Both the position numbers and the translations under genes were made by a program. The notes below the pieces were generated by a model. That model ran no database searches. It saw only the letters and a program-made list of their open reading frames with translations, and was not told the DNA's origin. From an uncultured Oscillospiraceae bacterium (lineage in GTDB: Bacteria; Bacillota; Clostridia; Oscillospirales; Oscillospiraceae), in contig CALWYP010000038.1 in the NCBI GenBank assembly GCA_944385795.1, positions 5,774 to 69,773 on the forward strand: 64,000 bases of DNA. The letters run 5' to 3'. Below are positions 1 to 8,894 of this stretch, piece after piece (the stretch's first letter is position 1; the number at the start of each line of letters is the position of its first letter).

Positions 1-1135
1 GGGCGACGCTTGTATGGCTTATGTCGCAGAGGCTGCCCGCAAGGCCGTCAATGTCCCTATCCTCAACGCGGGGAACCACACTCCCGAGACTGCGGTGAAG
101 CTCATTGCCGGCGGCAGCGCTGACTTTGTCATGTTCGGCCGCGGCCTTATCGCCGACCCCGACCTCCCGCGCAAGCTGCGTGAGAACCGCCGCGAGGACG
201 TCAGGCCCTGCATACGTTGCAATGAAGACTGCATAGGCCGCACGGGCGCCGCAAAAATGGCCATGCTCAGCTGCGCCGTGAACACCGAGGCCTGCCAAGA
301 GCGCTGGATGAGCATACCGCGCAGCGAAACCCCGAAGAAGGTGTGCATAATCGGCGCCGGCCCCGCAGGCCTGGAGGCTGCACGCACCGCCGCTATCTCC
401 GGCCACAAAGTAACTGTCTTCGAGGCTGCGGACAAGGTTGGCGGCATGGTTACCGCGGCAGAGACCCCGTCCTTCAAGGGCCAGCTGCGCTCGCTCATAA
501 AGTACTACGAAGTGCAGATGGAAAAGCTAGGCGTCGACCTAAGGCTCAACACCTATGTCCCCGCGGACTCTGAGCTGCTCGACGGCTATGACAGGTATAT
601 CGTCGCCGTCGGCACTGAACCCGCCAAACCGCCGATCCCCGGCCTTGACCGCGGCAATGTCATCACGGTCCAGGACGCTCACAGGCATAAGGAGCTGATA
701 AAAGGCAAAAACATCGTCATTTGCGGCGGCGGCCAGTCAGGCTGCGACTGCGCGCTCGAGTTAGCCATTGACTTTGGCCTTACCCCGGTGATAGTCGAAA
801 TGGCCGACCGCCTCAGCCCTGACCTCAATATGATGAGCCGCGCGGGCATGATGAGCAAGATCAACGAATACAAGGTCCGCGTTTACACCAGCTGCAAGGT
901 CAAGAGCGTCGAAGAAGACGGCGTGCACGTTGTTGACGGCAACGGCGCCGAAAAGGTTATTCCGGCAGACACTGTTATAAACGCTTTCGGCCTCAAGAAA
1001 TTGACCGGCTATGCCGAAGCCGTCCGCGACCGCTTTGGCTGGCGCGCGCGCATCATCGGCGACTGCGACAAGGTCGGACGCATAGGCACTGCGGTACGGG
1101 GCGGCTACTTTGCCGGGACTACCGTTGACGACTGA
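1..1135 (+). CDS. C-terminal part of an Old-Yellow-Enzyme / 2,4-dienoyl-CoA reductase (enoate reductase) family flavoprotein; the 5' end lies outside the window
   Basis: The reading frame of ORF 14..1135 is open to the window edge. It has the inter-domain Cys motif RPCIRCNEDC and a dinucleotide fold VCIIGAGPAGLEAA. It is collinear with about residues 290-640 of the full-length paralog at 3376..5298. Confidence 0.8.
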   Translation, partial: GDACMAYVAEAARKAVNVPILNAGNHTPETAVKLIAGGSADFVMFGRGLIADPDLPRKLRENRREDVRPCIRCNEDCIGRTGAAKMAMLSCAVNTEACQERWMSIPRSETPKKVCIIGAGPAGLEAARTAAISGHKVTVFEAADKVGGMVTAAETPSFKGQLRSLIKYYEVQMEKLGVDLRLNTYVPADSELLDGYDRYIVAVGTEPAKPPIPGLDRGNVITVQDAHRHKELIKGKNIVICGGGQSGCDCALELAIDFGLTPVIVEMADRLSPDLNMMSRAGMMSKINEYKVRVYTSCKVKSVEEDGVHVVDGNGAEKVIPADTVINAFGLKKLTGYAEAVRDRFGWRARIIGDCDKVGRIGTAVRGGYFAGTTVDD

Positions 1136-1303
1136 GCGGGGGGCCCAAGTATTCGAGCTGAGCGCCGTGTGGCGCGGCTACCGGCGCGTCCTCCGGCCTT
1201 GACGCGCGGAGCCGCTTTAAGCCCGGCAGCCCTAAGGCAATATGTAATTTCAGGCGGCCGCACAGGTTCCCTGTAAAATAAAGCACAAAAAGGAGAAGAG
1301 GTC

Positions 1304-2554
1304 ATGCAAAATTCAGCGAAAGGTAAGCGGTTTGGCATCATCGCTTTTATAACCGTCTGCCTGATACAGTTCGTGTACACCGGCGTCGTGTACAACCCCC
1401 TGAGCGTTTACACTGGCACCATACTCGCGGAGTTCCCCGAGTTCACCCGTTCCCAGTACGCTCTTTGCTTTACGATGATGAGCTTTATCTGCGCCATCGC
1501 CAACCTGTTCCTCGGCAAGCTGGTCGCGCTCATAAAGAGCCGGGGCGTCGTTGTCCTGGGCGGCACCCTGCTTGTCATAAGCATGTTTATTTACGCGAAC
1601 GCCAAATCCCTCGCCATGTTCTACATTGCCGCCCTGATCGTCGGCATTGCCTTTGCCTTTGTAGCTTCCGCTATCGGCGCCACGATTATTAATAAGTGGT
1701 TCTTTAAGCACAGCGGAACCTTCGTCGGTATCTCGTTGCTTTTCTCCGGCGTCGGCGGGACCATATTCAGCCCTGTCATCGGTTCCTGGATTGAGAGCGT
1801 CGGCTGGCGCCAGTCCTTTGTCATAGTCGGTATAATCGCCGCCGTCTGCACCGCTCTCATAGGCATATTCTTCCGCTCTGACCCTGAGGCTCTCGGCGTG
1901 AAGCCCATGTTTTATGAGGAAACGGCAGAAGCCGGTAAGGAGGAAGACGCCGGCAAGAACGAAGCCATTGAGACTGGCATGACTATCAAAGAGGGCGTCC
2001 GCACTTTCCGCTTCTGGGCGGTTATACTGGTATACCTCATAGTAGCCATAATCGTGTACTCCATCATGAGCATTATTTCCGTGTATGTTCAGGACCTTGG
2101 CTACTCTGCCGCCGAGGCCGGCGCTGCGCTTGCTCCGATGAATATAGTCAACATGTTTATGCCGTTCGTGATCGGTTTCCTGGCCGACCACATGGACACC
2201 CGCTGGGTTGTCGTAGGCGGCACGGCGCTCTTCTCTGTGGCGCTGTTCATCCTGCTTACGGGCCCGTCGCTCGCGCTCGTCTACGTCGTCGCAGCGCTAA
2301 CCGGCATCGGGATGGCCACTGGCAGAAGCACGCTGCCCATGGTTACCCGCCAGCTCTTCGGTACGAAGGACTATGCGAGCTTCATAGGCGTCTTCGTCGG
2401 CGTGTTCTCCGGCGGTATTGCCATTGGCAGCTATGTTATAGCCGCCTTCTATGACGCGTTCGGCAACTATGCCAGCGCTATGTACGCGTATATACCCGCC
2501 GCGGTTGTGGCGATAGTCCTCACCATTATCGCCTTCAGAGGCAAACGGGCGTAA
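1304..2554 (+). CDS. MFS-type transporter (about 12 predicted TM helices)
   Basis: 416 aa, hydrophobic throughout with a central charged loop (EETAEAGKEEDAGKNE) dividing two halves. RBS AAAGGAG lies upstream of the ATG. Confidence 0.75.
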   Translation: MQNSAKGKRFGIIAFITVCLIQFVYTGVVYNPLSVYTGTILAEFPEFTRSQYALCFTMMSFICAIANLFLGKLVALIKSRGVVVLGGTLLVISMFIYANAKSLAMFYIAALIVGIAFAFVASAIGATIINKWFFKHSGTFVGISLLFSGVGGTIFSPVIGSWIESVGWRQSFVIVGIIAAVCTALIGIFFRSDPEALGVKPMFYEETAEAGKEEDAGKNEAIETGMTIKEGVRTFRFWAVILVYLIVAIIVYSIMSIISVYVQDLGYSAAEAGAALAPMNIVNMFMPFVIGFLADHMDTRWVVVGGTALFSVALFILLTGPSLALVYVVAALTGIGMATGRSTLPMVTRQLFGTKDYASFIGVFVGVFSGGIAIGSYVIAAFYDAFGNYASAMYAYIPAAVVAIVLTIIAFRGKRA

Positions 2555-2597
2555 GCCATAACCATAACAATATAGATTAAGAAAGGAAGCATACGCA

Positions 2598-3347
2598 ATG
2601 AAAAAACTTGAAGGTTTCGCTATCGTCACCGGTTCCTCCCGCGGCCTGGGCCGTGAGATGGTGCTTCGCTGCGCCGCGGACGGCCACGACGTGGTTGTAA
2701 ACTACACTTCTGATAAGAGCAAGGCCGCCGCCGAGGCCGTCGCCGCCGAGGCTCGTGAGAAGTACGGCCGCCGCGCCCTGGTTATAAAGGCCGACGTCAG
2801 CAATTATGACGAGTGCAAGGCCATGGTCGAAGAGGCCAGCAAGTATTTTAACGACAGGCTAGCTATCCTGGTCGCTAATGCCGGCATAAAGAACCTGCTC
2901 GACTTCGACGAGCTTACTCATGAGGATTATGAGCGCGTAATCAAGGTCAACCTCATGGGCGTCATGCACATGGTTCACTGCGCTATCCCCTATATGAAGG
3001 ACGGCAAGGGCGCGTCCATCATCATGCTCAGCTCCATCGCCGGCCAGATGGGCGCAGCTAAGCGCGTCGATTACTCCACCACTAAGAGCGCCATGTACGG
3101 GTTCATGAAGGCCCTCTGCAGGGAGCTCGGCGACTATCTCATTCGAATCAACTGCATCGCTCCGGGTATGATCATGACCGACATGCTGCGCAACAACGAC
3201 CCCGAGATCCTCAAGGCCAATACCGCTGCCCAGTGCCTGCACTTCATAGCCGAGCCGGTCGAGATCGCCGATGCCATGAGCTACCTGAACCACGCCCAGT
3301 ATGTAGACGGCCAGGTCCTGGCGGTCAACGGCGGCTGGTATATGTAA
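2598..3347 (+). CDS. Short-chain dehydrogenase/reductase (FabG/BaiA-like SDR)
   Basis: 249 aa. It has an N-terminal TGSSRGLG cofactor motif, an NAG motif, and an S...YxxxK catalytic pattern (SSIAG ... YSTTKSA). Confidence 0.85.
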   Translation: MKKLEGFAIVTGSSRGLGREMVLRCAADGHDVVVNYTSDKSKAAAEAVAAEAREKYGRRALVIKADVSNYDECKAMVEEASKYFNDRLAILVANAGIKNLLDFDELTHEDYERVIKVNLMGVMHMVHCAIPYMKDGKGASIIMLSSIAGQMGAAKRVDYSTTKSAMYGFMKALCRELGDYLIRINCIAPGMIMTDMLRNNDPEILKANTAAQCLHFIAEPVEIADAMSYLNHAQYVDGQVLAVNGGWYM

Positions 3348-3375
3348 GCTATAGAAGCATAATAGAGAGGCTGCT

Positions 3376-5298
3376 ATGAGAGAAAGCAAACCTATACTTT
3401 TCCAGAAAGGGCATATTGGCCGCATGGAGACGAAAAACCGCATAGTCATGGCGCCGATGGGCACCACGGCTGACGGCGACGGCGGCTACTCTGCCAGGAC
3501 GATACGTTATTTTGCAGAGCGCGCAAAGGGCGGCACCGGCCTTATAATAACCGGCCGCAACGCCTCCGTGCTTGAGTTTGAAGGTTACTCCTGCTCAGCT
3601 CTCAGCAATTACCATCATGTCAACCGCCTTGCGGCGCTGGCCGATACCGTACATGCTTACGGCTGCAAGCTGTGCGTCCAGATAGGCCCGGGCCTGGGCA
3701 GGATAATGTATACCTCTGCGACAACGCCTCCTTATTCCTGCAGCCCGATCCCGGCGTTCTGGTTCCCCAACATGACCTGCAAGGAGCTCAGCGTTGAAGA
3801 TATAGCTTTTATAACCGACAAGGTTGGCTATTCTGCGAAGCTGGCCAAAGACGCCGGCGCCGACGCCATAGAGATGCACGCCTACGGCAGCTACCTTGCC
3901 GACCAGTTCCTCACTGAAGCCTTTAACCATCGTACCGATAAGTACGGAGGAAGCCTTGAAAACCGCGTCCGCTTCCTTGGCGAGTGCATCCAAGCGGTCC
4001 AGCGCTACTGCGGGGAGGACTTCCCGCAGATAGTCAAGTTCACTCCAGTTCACTGCCTGGATATACCCGGCTATCGCAAGCTCGAAGAGGGCGTCGAAAT
4101 CGCCAAGCTGCTCGAGAAATGGGGCGCTCACGCTCTGCATGTAGATACCGGCTGCTATGAGGTCTGGTATCGCCAGATACCTACCGTCTATCAGGACGAA
4201 GGCTGCCAGCTCTTTGCCGCCGAGGCGGTTAAGAAGGCTGTCAGCATTCCGGTTATAACCCAGGGAAAGCTACACCGCCCTGCGTTAGCCGAAAAGGTCC
4301 TGGAGGAGGGGAAGGCCGACTTCATAGCTCTCGGACATCAGCATATTGCTGACCCGCACTATGCTGAAAAGGTCAAGGAACATCGTGAAGGCGATATCCG
4401 TCCCTGCATTGGCTGCAACGAATGCCTGAGGCTCGGGCACCTTGGCCGCAACTACTCCTGCTCCGTCAACCCCGTTGCTCACCACGAGGACGATTTTCCG
4501 CTTACCCCAGACACAAAGGGCCTCAGAGTGCTTATCATAGGCGGCGGCCCGGGCGGCATGGTGGCTGCTTTGACCGCAAACTCGCGCGGCATGAAGGCTG
4601 AGATATGGGAAAAAACCGGCGAACTCGGCGGCCAGCTGCTCGCCGCCGGCGCGCCGCCCTTCAAGCGCGATGTGCGCAATTACGTCGAATACCTCAAGCG
4701 TCAGCTCAAGAAAGCCGGTATTCCTGTCAGGTTCAACTGCGAGCCCACCGCTCAAGAGATCGCTTTCGCCGGCTTCGACAGGGTCATCCTTGCCACAGGA
4801 GCAGTCGCCAACACGCCGGCTATCGCCGGTTCTGAAAATGCGGTCGAGGCTATTCCCGTGCTTAGGCAGCAGTGTGATATTGGCGGCGAATGCGTCATTA
4901 TAGGCGGCGGCGTCGTGGGCGTCGAGACGGCGCTCTTCCTTGACTCGCTTGGCAAGAAGGTAACGCTTACCGTGCGCAGCAAGCTCAAGTATGCCGACGA
5001 ATCCGTGAACAACGTTCAGTGCATGAACGATATGTTGAAGGAGTCCAACGTCACTGTCATGGAAGGCGCGGCGCCGGTTGAGATTAAAGACGGCAGCGTG
5101 GTTTTTGACTGCGGCGGGAAACGGGTAGAGCTCAAAAGCGATACGACTGTGCTCGCTACCGGCTATCACCCCGAGCGCGCCCTCGAAGAAGAACTCGATG
5201 GGCTTGGGATCGAATACGACGTGGTTGGAAACGCCGTGAAGCCGCGTAAACTTATTAACGCCACCAATGAAGCCTATCTGGCCGTGTGGCGTATGTGA
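3376..5298 (+). CDS. NADH:flavin oxidoreductase of the enoate reductase / 2,4-dienoyl-CoA reductase family (OYE TIM barrel, 4Fe-4S linker and FAD/NAD(P) domain)
   Basis: 640 aa. N-terminal OYE-like sequence (RIVMAPMGT, HAYGSYLADQFL), Cys cluster RPCIGCNECL, and a Rossmann motif VLIIGGGPGGMVAA. It is a paralog of the truncated gene at 1..1135. Confidence 0.85.
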   Translation: MRESKPILFQKGHIGRMETKNRIVMAPMGTTADGDGGYSARTIRYFAERAKGGTGLIITGRNASVLEFEGYSCSALSNYHHVNRLAALADTVHAYGCKLCVQIGPGLGRIMYTSATTPPYSCSPIPAFWFPNMTCKELSVEDIAFITDKVGYSAKLAKDAGADAIEMHAYGSYLADQFLTEAFNHRTDKYGGSLENRVRFLGECIQAVQRYCGEDFPQIVKFTPVHCLDIPGYRKLEEGVEIAKLLEKWGAHALHVDTGCYEVWYRQIPTVYQDEGCQLFAAEAVKKAVSIPVITQGKLHRPALAEKVLEEGKADFIALGHQHIADPHYAEKVKEHREGDIRPCIGCNECLRLGHLGRNYSCSVNPVAHHEDDFPLTPDTKGLRVLIIGGGPGGMVAALTANSRGMKAEIWEKTGELGGQLLAAGAPPFKRDVRNYVEYLKRQLKKAGIPVRFNCEPTAQEIAFAGFDRVILATGAVANTPAIAGSENAVEAIPVLRQQCDIGGECVIIGGGVVGVETALFLDSLGKKVTLTVRSKLKYADESVNNVQCMNDMLKESNVTVMEGAAPVEIKDGSVVFDCGGKRVELKSDTTVLATGYHPERALEEELDGLGIEYDVVGNAVKPRKLINATNEAYLAVWRM

Positions 5299-5322
5299 AA
5301 CAGCGATACATTATGAAACGCA

Positions 5323-5356
5323 GGACAGCCGCCCAATTTTAATTGGGCGGCTGTCC
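5323..5356. terminator. Bidirectional hairpin terminator between convergent genes
   Basis: Perfect inverted repeat GGACAGCCGCCCAATT / AATTGGGCGGCTGTCC with a 2-nt centre. Confidence 0.7.
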
Positions 5357-5448
5357 GAATATGGAGGCAAAATGGTTGCGCACGACGCTTTTTCTTTTTA
5401 ACTTTTAATTATACTTAGCCTGCATCTGTTTAATCACCGCCCCGTCCG

Positions 5449-8364
5449 TCATTCCGCGCCGCGCCGCCGTGCCCCCGCTGCGGAGCTTGCGGTACTGTCC
5501 TCCGGATGGCGTTCGGCATACAGCCTCAGCAATTCCCGCTGGCGCTTTGCGGCGATGGCCGCGTTGTGCCATTTACCGTAGTTGTACTCCTCAAGGCAGG
5601 GCTCCGCCGCGGTTTCCTGTATTCTTCTGGATGCAATAACGTATTCAAGCCGCTTTTCATCCGCGTTGCCAAGCTCTTCTTCGCACGACAGATATAGCTC
5701 CAGCTGTTCGCTTACGTCATACTCGTAGGAGAAATCCCGGAGCCGGCGGAGCAGCATCGCGGCCGCCTTTTCCAGAGCCTCGCGCGACAATTCCGCGTCC
5801 GGGATATTCCGCGCCAGGGCGCGGTACAGCCTGGCTTTCGCGCAGATTTCGCTCTCGTCCAGCCAGGCGTAGGCGAGCGTGCGCTCGCTCTCATCACAGG
5901 CCGCCATATCCGCGCCCAGGCGTCCCAGGCACCAGTTTTTGAGCTCTTCGAGGTGTTCCCGTCCCTCTTCCGGCCCGTTCCGCAGGCGGAAGCTCAGGGA
6001 CGAGAGCATATAGGCGAGCTGCACGGCGCGCCGTCCGGGCTCGAGGGAGCCGAGCAGGCCGCGTATCCCGCCGTTATCCATGCGCCCGCCGGCGGCGAGG
6101 CTGAAGAGCCATCTCGAGCCGAGCAGCCGGACGAAGACGGACTCCGCGCGGGAGGCGGACGCATATAGCGCTTCGTCGAAATCCGAGAAAAGCATGGCCG
6201 CGGCGAGGATGTCGAACATGAGCGGGGAGCGGATTTCATCCAGCAATTTGACGAAGCCCTCGGGATCGAGCGAGAGCATCAGCCGGTAGCCGGAGCTCAA
6301 CCACGCGCCGCCGGGATAGCAGACGTGCCCGGCGTAGTCGTAAAGGAGACGGAAACCAATCACGGAGGGCTTGGCCTCGCCTTTGAGCAGCTTGCGAAGC
6401 TCGAACGTGTCTGAATTCAGCCCCCCGTCCGCGAAGCCTATGCCGGCCTCGCGCGCCCTGGCAATCTCAGCGAACCCGGCGGCGATTTCCCCTGCCGGCA
6501 CGAGGCCGTTTCCGCGGACCGCCTCTTCAAAAACGCCGTGAAGGGTGCAGATCATCTCCGAAGCGAACTCGGCCAGGGCGCGGCAGGCGGCGCCCTTGTC
6601 CCCGTCCCAGTGGCTCAGGATTATGGCGACGGCGCCCTCCAGCTCCGTTTCGCCGACGTCCAGCCGCCCGTTTTCACCGTAATAAGCGGAGAGCCAGCCG
6701 GATTCCCTCAATACGCCGCGCTCGGGCTCAGGGCGCGGCGCTTCCGCGGCGGAGTCGTACAGCACCTCGCAGGTGATCTGGCCGGGCTTTTTCGACCCTG
6801 GTTTAGCGCCGCCGCAGAGACCGCGCAGGTAATCCAATACCTCAAGGCAGACCTCGCGCCCGAGCGGGGCCATGGTGAATGGCTGCCTCGCGCCCATCGA
6901 ATTGAGGGAGTTGCTCATGAGGAAGCCGTCGGCGGAGCCGTCCTTGAAGCGGCGTATGAGGAAGCGGTCGTGAAAAACCTGCGCGTTCCCCCGCCTGAGG
7001 TCGCGTATCCTGAGGTTCTTATGAAGGATGGCGGCGTTGCCGGCGGTGAAACGCCTGACGCCCTCCCTTATCTTCTCGTATTCCACGCTGGAGCCGGTGT
7101 CCGGGTCCATGCCGCCGAGGCTGGAGAGTATCTCGAGCCGTATCTCCGGATGTTCTATGCGGCTGAGCAGCTTGATCGCGGACTCGGCGGAGAAGTACGG
7201 GTCGGCGATTATAACCTTGCTTACGGAGCCGAGGTCTATGTACTCCTTTACCTTCAGGAAGCTGTCGATCTCGCCTCCAACGCCGCCGCCGGGAACAAAA
7301 GCGCCGCGGCTTTCGCCGTCTCTATAGGGCCGCGTGAGCGCGTCTCCCGCGCGCATGGCCGCGTCTATTTCGCCCAGCGCGGGGCTTCTTATTTCGCTCC
7401 TGACGCCGCTGTGGGCGCGGCTCACGCTTTCGACGCTGCGCTTTATCTCGTCCGCCATGCCGGGGGCGGACTTGCGGAGCTTTTTAGTCCAGGGGTCGGA
7501 AAGCCCGAGGCCGGGCTCCATAAGGCTGCCGTTGAGGCTGATGGACATCACCATGGTCATATCGTATCTGTACACCAGCTCCGAGCTCTCCGCGTCCCAG
7601 ATTTGGACGGAAATGCGGCTCATTGGCTCCGCGGCGGTGAAGCGCGCCGACCCTTCCTCCGGCATGAGCAGCTTGCAGCGGTTTATTATAACGCGGCCGC
7701 AGTGCTCGGCGAGGCAGTTCACGATAAGCGGGCGCGGGCAGGGGGCGAGGCGCTTTACCTCGGCCGTTTTCAGCGGCCGCCGGTTGTCGACTTCAACGGC
7801 GAAGCCATCCGGCATCGCCAGCGGCTCAAAGCTCTCGAAGTTGCCCAGCCTGTGGCCGTCCTTGAGCAAATCGACGCCGCTCTCCTCTCTGACCCAGCCG
7901 AAGAGGGCGCGCGCGCCGCGGTACCTTGCGGCTTCGCCGCCGCAGTCCAGGCTGCTTAGGACCTCGTTGAAAAGGCTGTTCTTGTCCAGGCTCCAGAGCT
8001 CCCTGAGCCTTGAACAGCGTTCGAGCGGCCCGCTCTCGCCGGACAGGCTGCCGGCGGAGAAAACCTCCATGCGCGGCGTGAGGCGCGGCGAAGGCAGAGA
8101 GATTTTGCCGCAGCTTATGCGCCCCGGTTCGGTGAGGGCTTTCTCAAAAGCGCCGGCCTCGGCGGCGGACATGATCGCCCGGCATACCGCCCTTCCGTGG
8201 TCTGTGTCGCAGCGCCAGCGCATAGGTTCCCGCCCCGTCCGGGCGCTGAAGCCGTATATGAGCAGATATTCCGCGCCGGCCTTGTGCAGCAGCAGCTTTA
8301 TGAACCTGTTCGTTCCGTCCAAAAACATCCCCTCCAATTTGAGCGCTCGCTTTTTATACAGCAT
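5449..8364 (-). CDS. Large orphan protein (~970 aa) with a central PLD-like (HxR...SxN, MIT_C-like) motif and a helical C-terminal half; function unknown
   Basis: Long minus-strand ORF with normal amino-acid composition. The track start (8481) is probably too far upstream. Candidate starts are ATG 8364 and ATG 8328 (the latter directly preceded by GGAGGGG). Motifs: IIADPYF ... VFHDRFLIRRF(x9)LMSNSLNSMG, with the His codon at 6970..6972. Confidence 0.6.
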   Translation of the reverse strand: MLYKKRALKLEGMFLDGTNRFIKLLLHKAGAEYLLIYGFSARTGREPMRWRCDTDHGRAVCRAIMSAAEAGAFEKALTEPGRISCGKISLPSPRLTPRMEVFSAGSLSGESGPLERCSRLRELWSLDKNSLFNEVLSSLDCGGEAARYRGARALFGWVREESGVDLLKDGHRLGNFESFEPLAMPDGFAVEVDNRRPLKTAEVKRLAPCPRPLIVNCLAEHCGRVIINRCKLLMPEEGSARFTAAEPMSRISVQIWDAESSELVYRYDMTMVMSISLNGSLMEPGLGLSDPWTKKLRKSAPGMADEIKRSVESVSRAHSGVRSEIRSPALGEIDAAMRAGDALTRPYRDGESRGAFVPGGGVGGEIDSFLKVKEYIDLGSVSKVIIADPYFSAESAIKLLSRIEHPEIRLEILSSLGGMDPDTGSSVEYEKIREGVRRFTAGNAAILHKNLRIRDLRRGNAQVFHDRFLIRRFKDGSADGFLMSNSLNSMGARQPFTMAPLGREVCLEVLDYLRGLCGGAKPGSKKPGQITCEVLYDSAAEAPRPEPERGVLRESGWLSAYYGENGRLDVGETELEGAVAIILSHWDGDKGAACRALAEFASEMICTLHGVFEEAVRGNGLVPAGEIAAGFAEIARAREAGIGFADGGLNSDTFELRKLLKGEAKPSVIGFRLLYDYAGHVCYPGGAWLSSGYRLMLSLDPEGFVKLLDEIRSPLMFDILAAAMLFSDFDEALYASASRAESVFVRLLGSRWLFSLAAGGRMDNGGIRGLLGSLEPGRRAVQLAYMLSSLSFRLRNGPEEGREHLEELKNWCLGRLGADMAACDESERTLAYAWLDESEICAKARLYRALARNIPDAELSREALEKAAAMLLRRLRDFSYEYDVSEQLELYLSCEEELGNADEKRLEYVIASRRIQETAAEPCLEEYNYGKWHNAAIAAKRQRELLRLYAERHPEDSTASSAAGARRRGAE

Positions 8365-8796
8365 AGCAAAAAACCGCGGCCCGGGCAAGCGTGCCGCCGG
8401 GGCGCGGGGTATGTTCACGGCGGTTTGCCATGCCGGCGGCCTTTGGGTAAAATGACGGCAATACCCGCAAGGCATATGCATAAAACTTTGTTCGCGGAAT
8501 TAATATTATACAGCTTTAACGCGGGCGCGGGCCGCCGCGCCGGGGGAGCCAGGCCCGAATTTTCCGGGCGGCATGTGTGGGCGTGAAGCGGGACAGAAAA
8601 AACTTTTTCCGGCAGATTTCGCCTCATTTCCCTTTTCTTCGCCGCTTTTGTACATTTTAACGGATGAATTAGTTTTACATAACTGAACAGAAGCAACGTT
8701 ATGGGATTATTTAAGGCGTACATATTCCAGCAGAAAGAAATAATGGAATTAAAAAGCAATTCTTCTTCGTCAATACAATGAAATTTGTTTACCATG

Positions 8797-8836
8797 TGGT
8801 ATAATGTTGAAATTAATCCCCTTGTGATGATATAAT
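8797..8836 (+). promoter_or_regulatory. Two tandem extended -10 promoters upstream of the SLH protein gene
   Basis: TGgTATAAT at 8797..8805. TTGAAA (8807..8812), an 18-nt spacer counted to the TATAAT hexamer at 8831..8836, and the extended -10 TGaTATAAT (8828..8836). Both sit in a markedly AT-rich intergenic region. Confidence 0.5.
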
Positions 8837-8894
8837 TTGTACAAGTCCTCGTGATTTCGAGGGCTGAATTTATATTTACAGGGAGGAAGAGAGG

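Noticed and set aside
8365-8481. N-terminal extension of the large orphan protein (track start 8481). Similar upstream extensions occur at 33423 (rnfD), 34316 (rnfG), 59440 (pyrC), 60471 (carA), 54788 (ABC fusion), 49550 (ymdB), 42917 (MoxR) and 13174 (GH3)
   Set aside because: The extensions are Arg/Pro-rich or overlap neighbouring genes or leaders. Internal starts preceded by GGAGG-type RBS, or by stop-start overlaps, fit far better.
8415-8795. 126-aa minus-strand ORF inside the AT-rich intergenic region
   Set aside because: It has no RBS, it spans promoter elements of the SLH gene, and its composition changes abruptly along its length. It is most likely non-coding.
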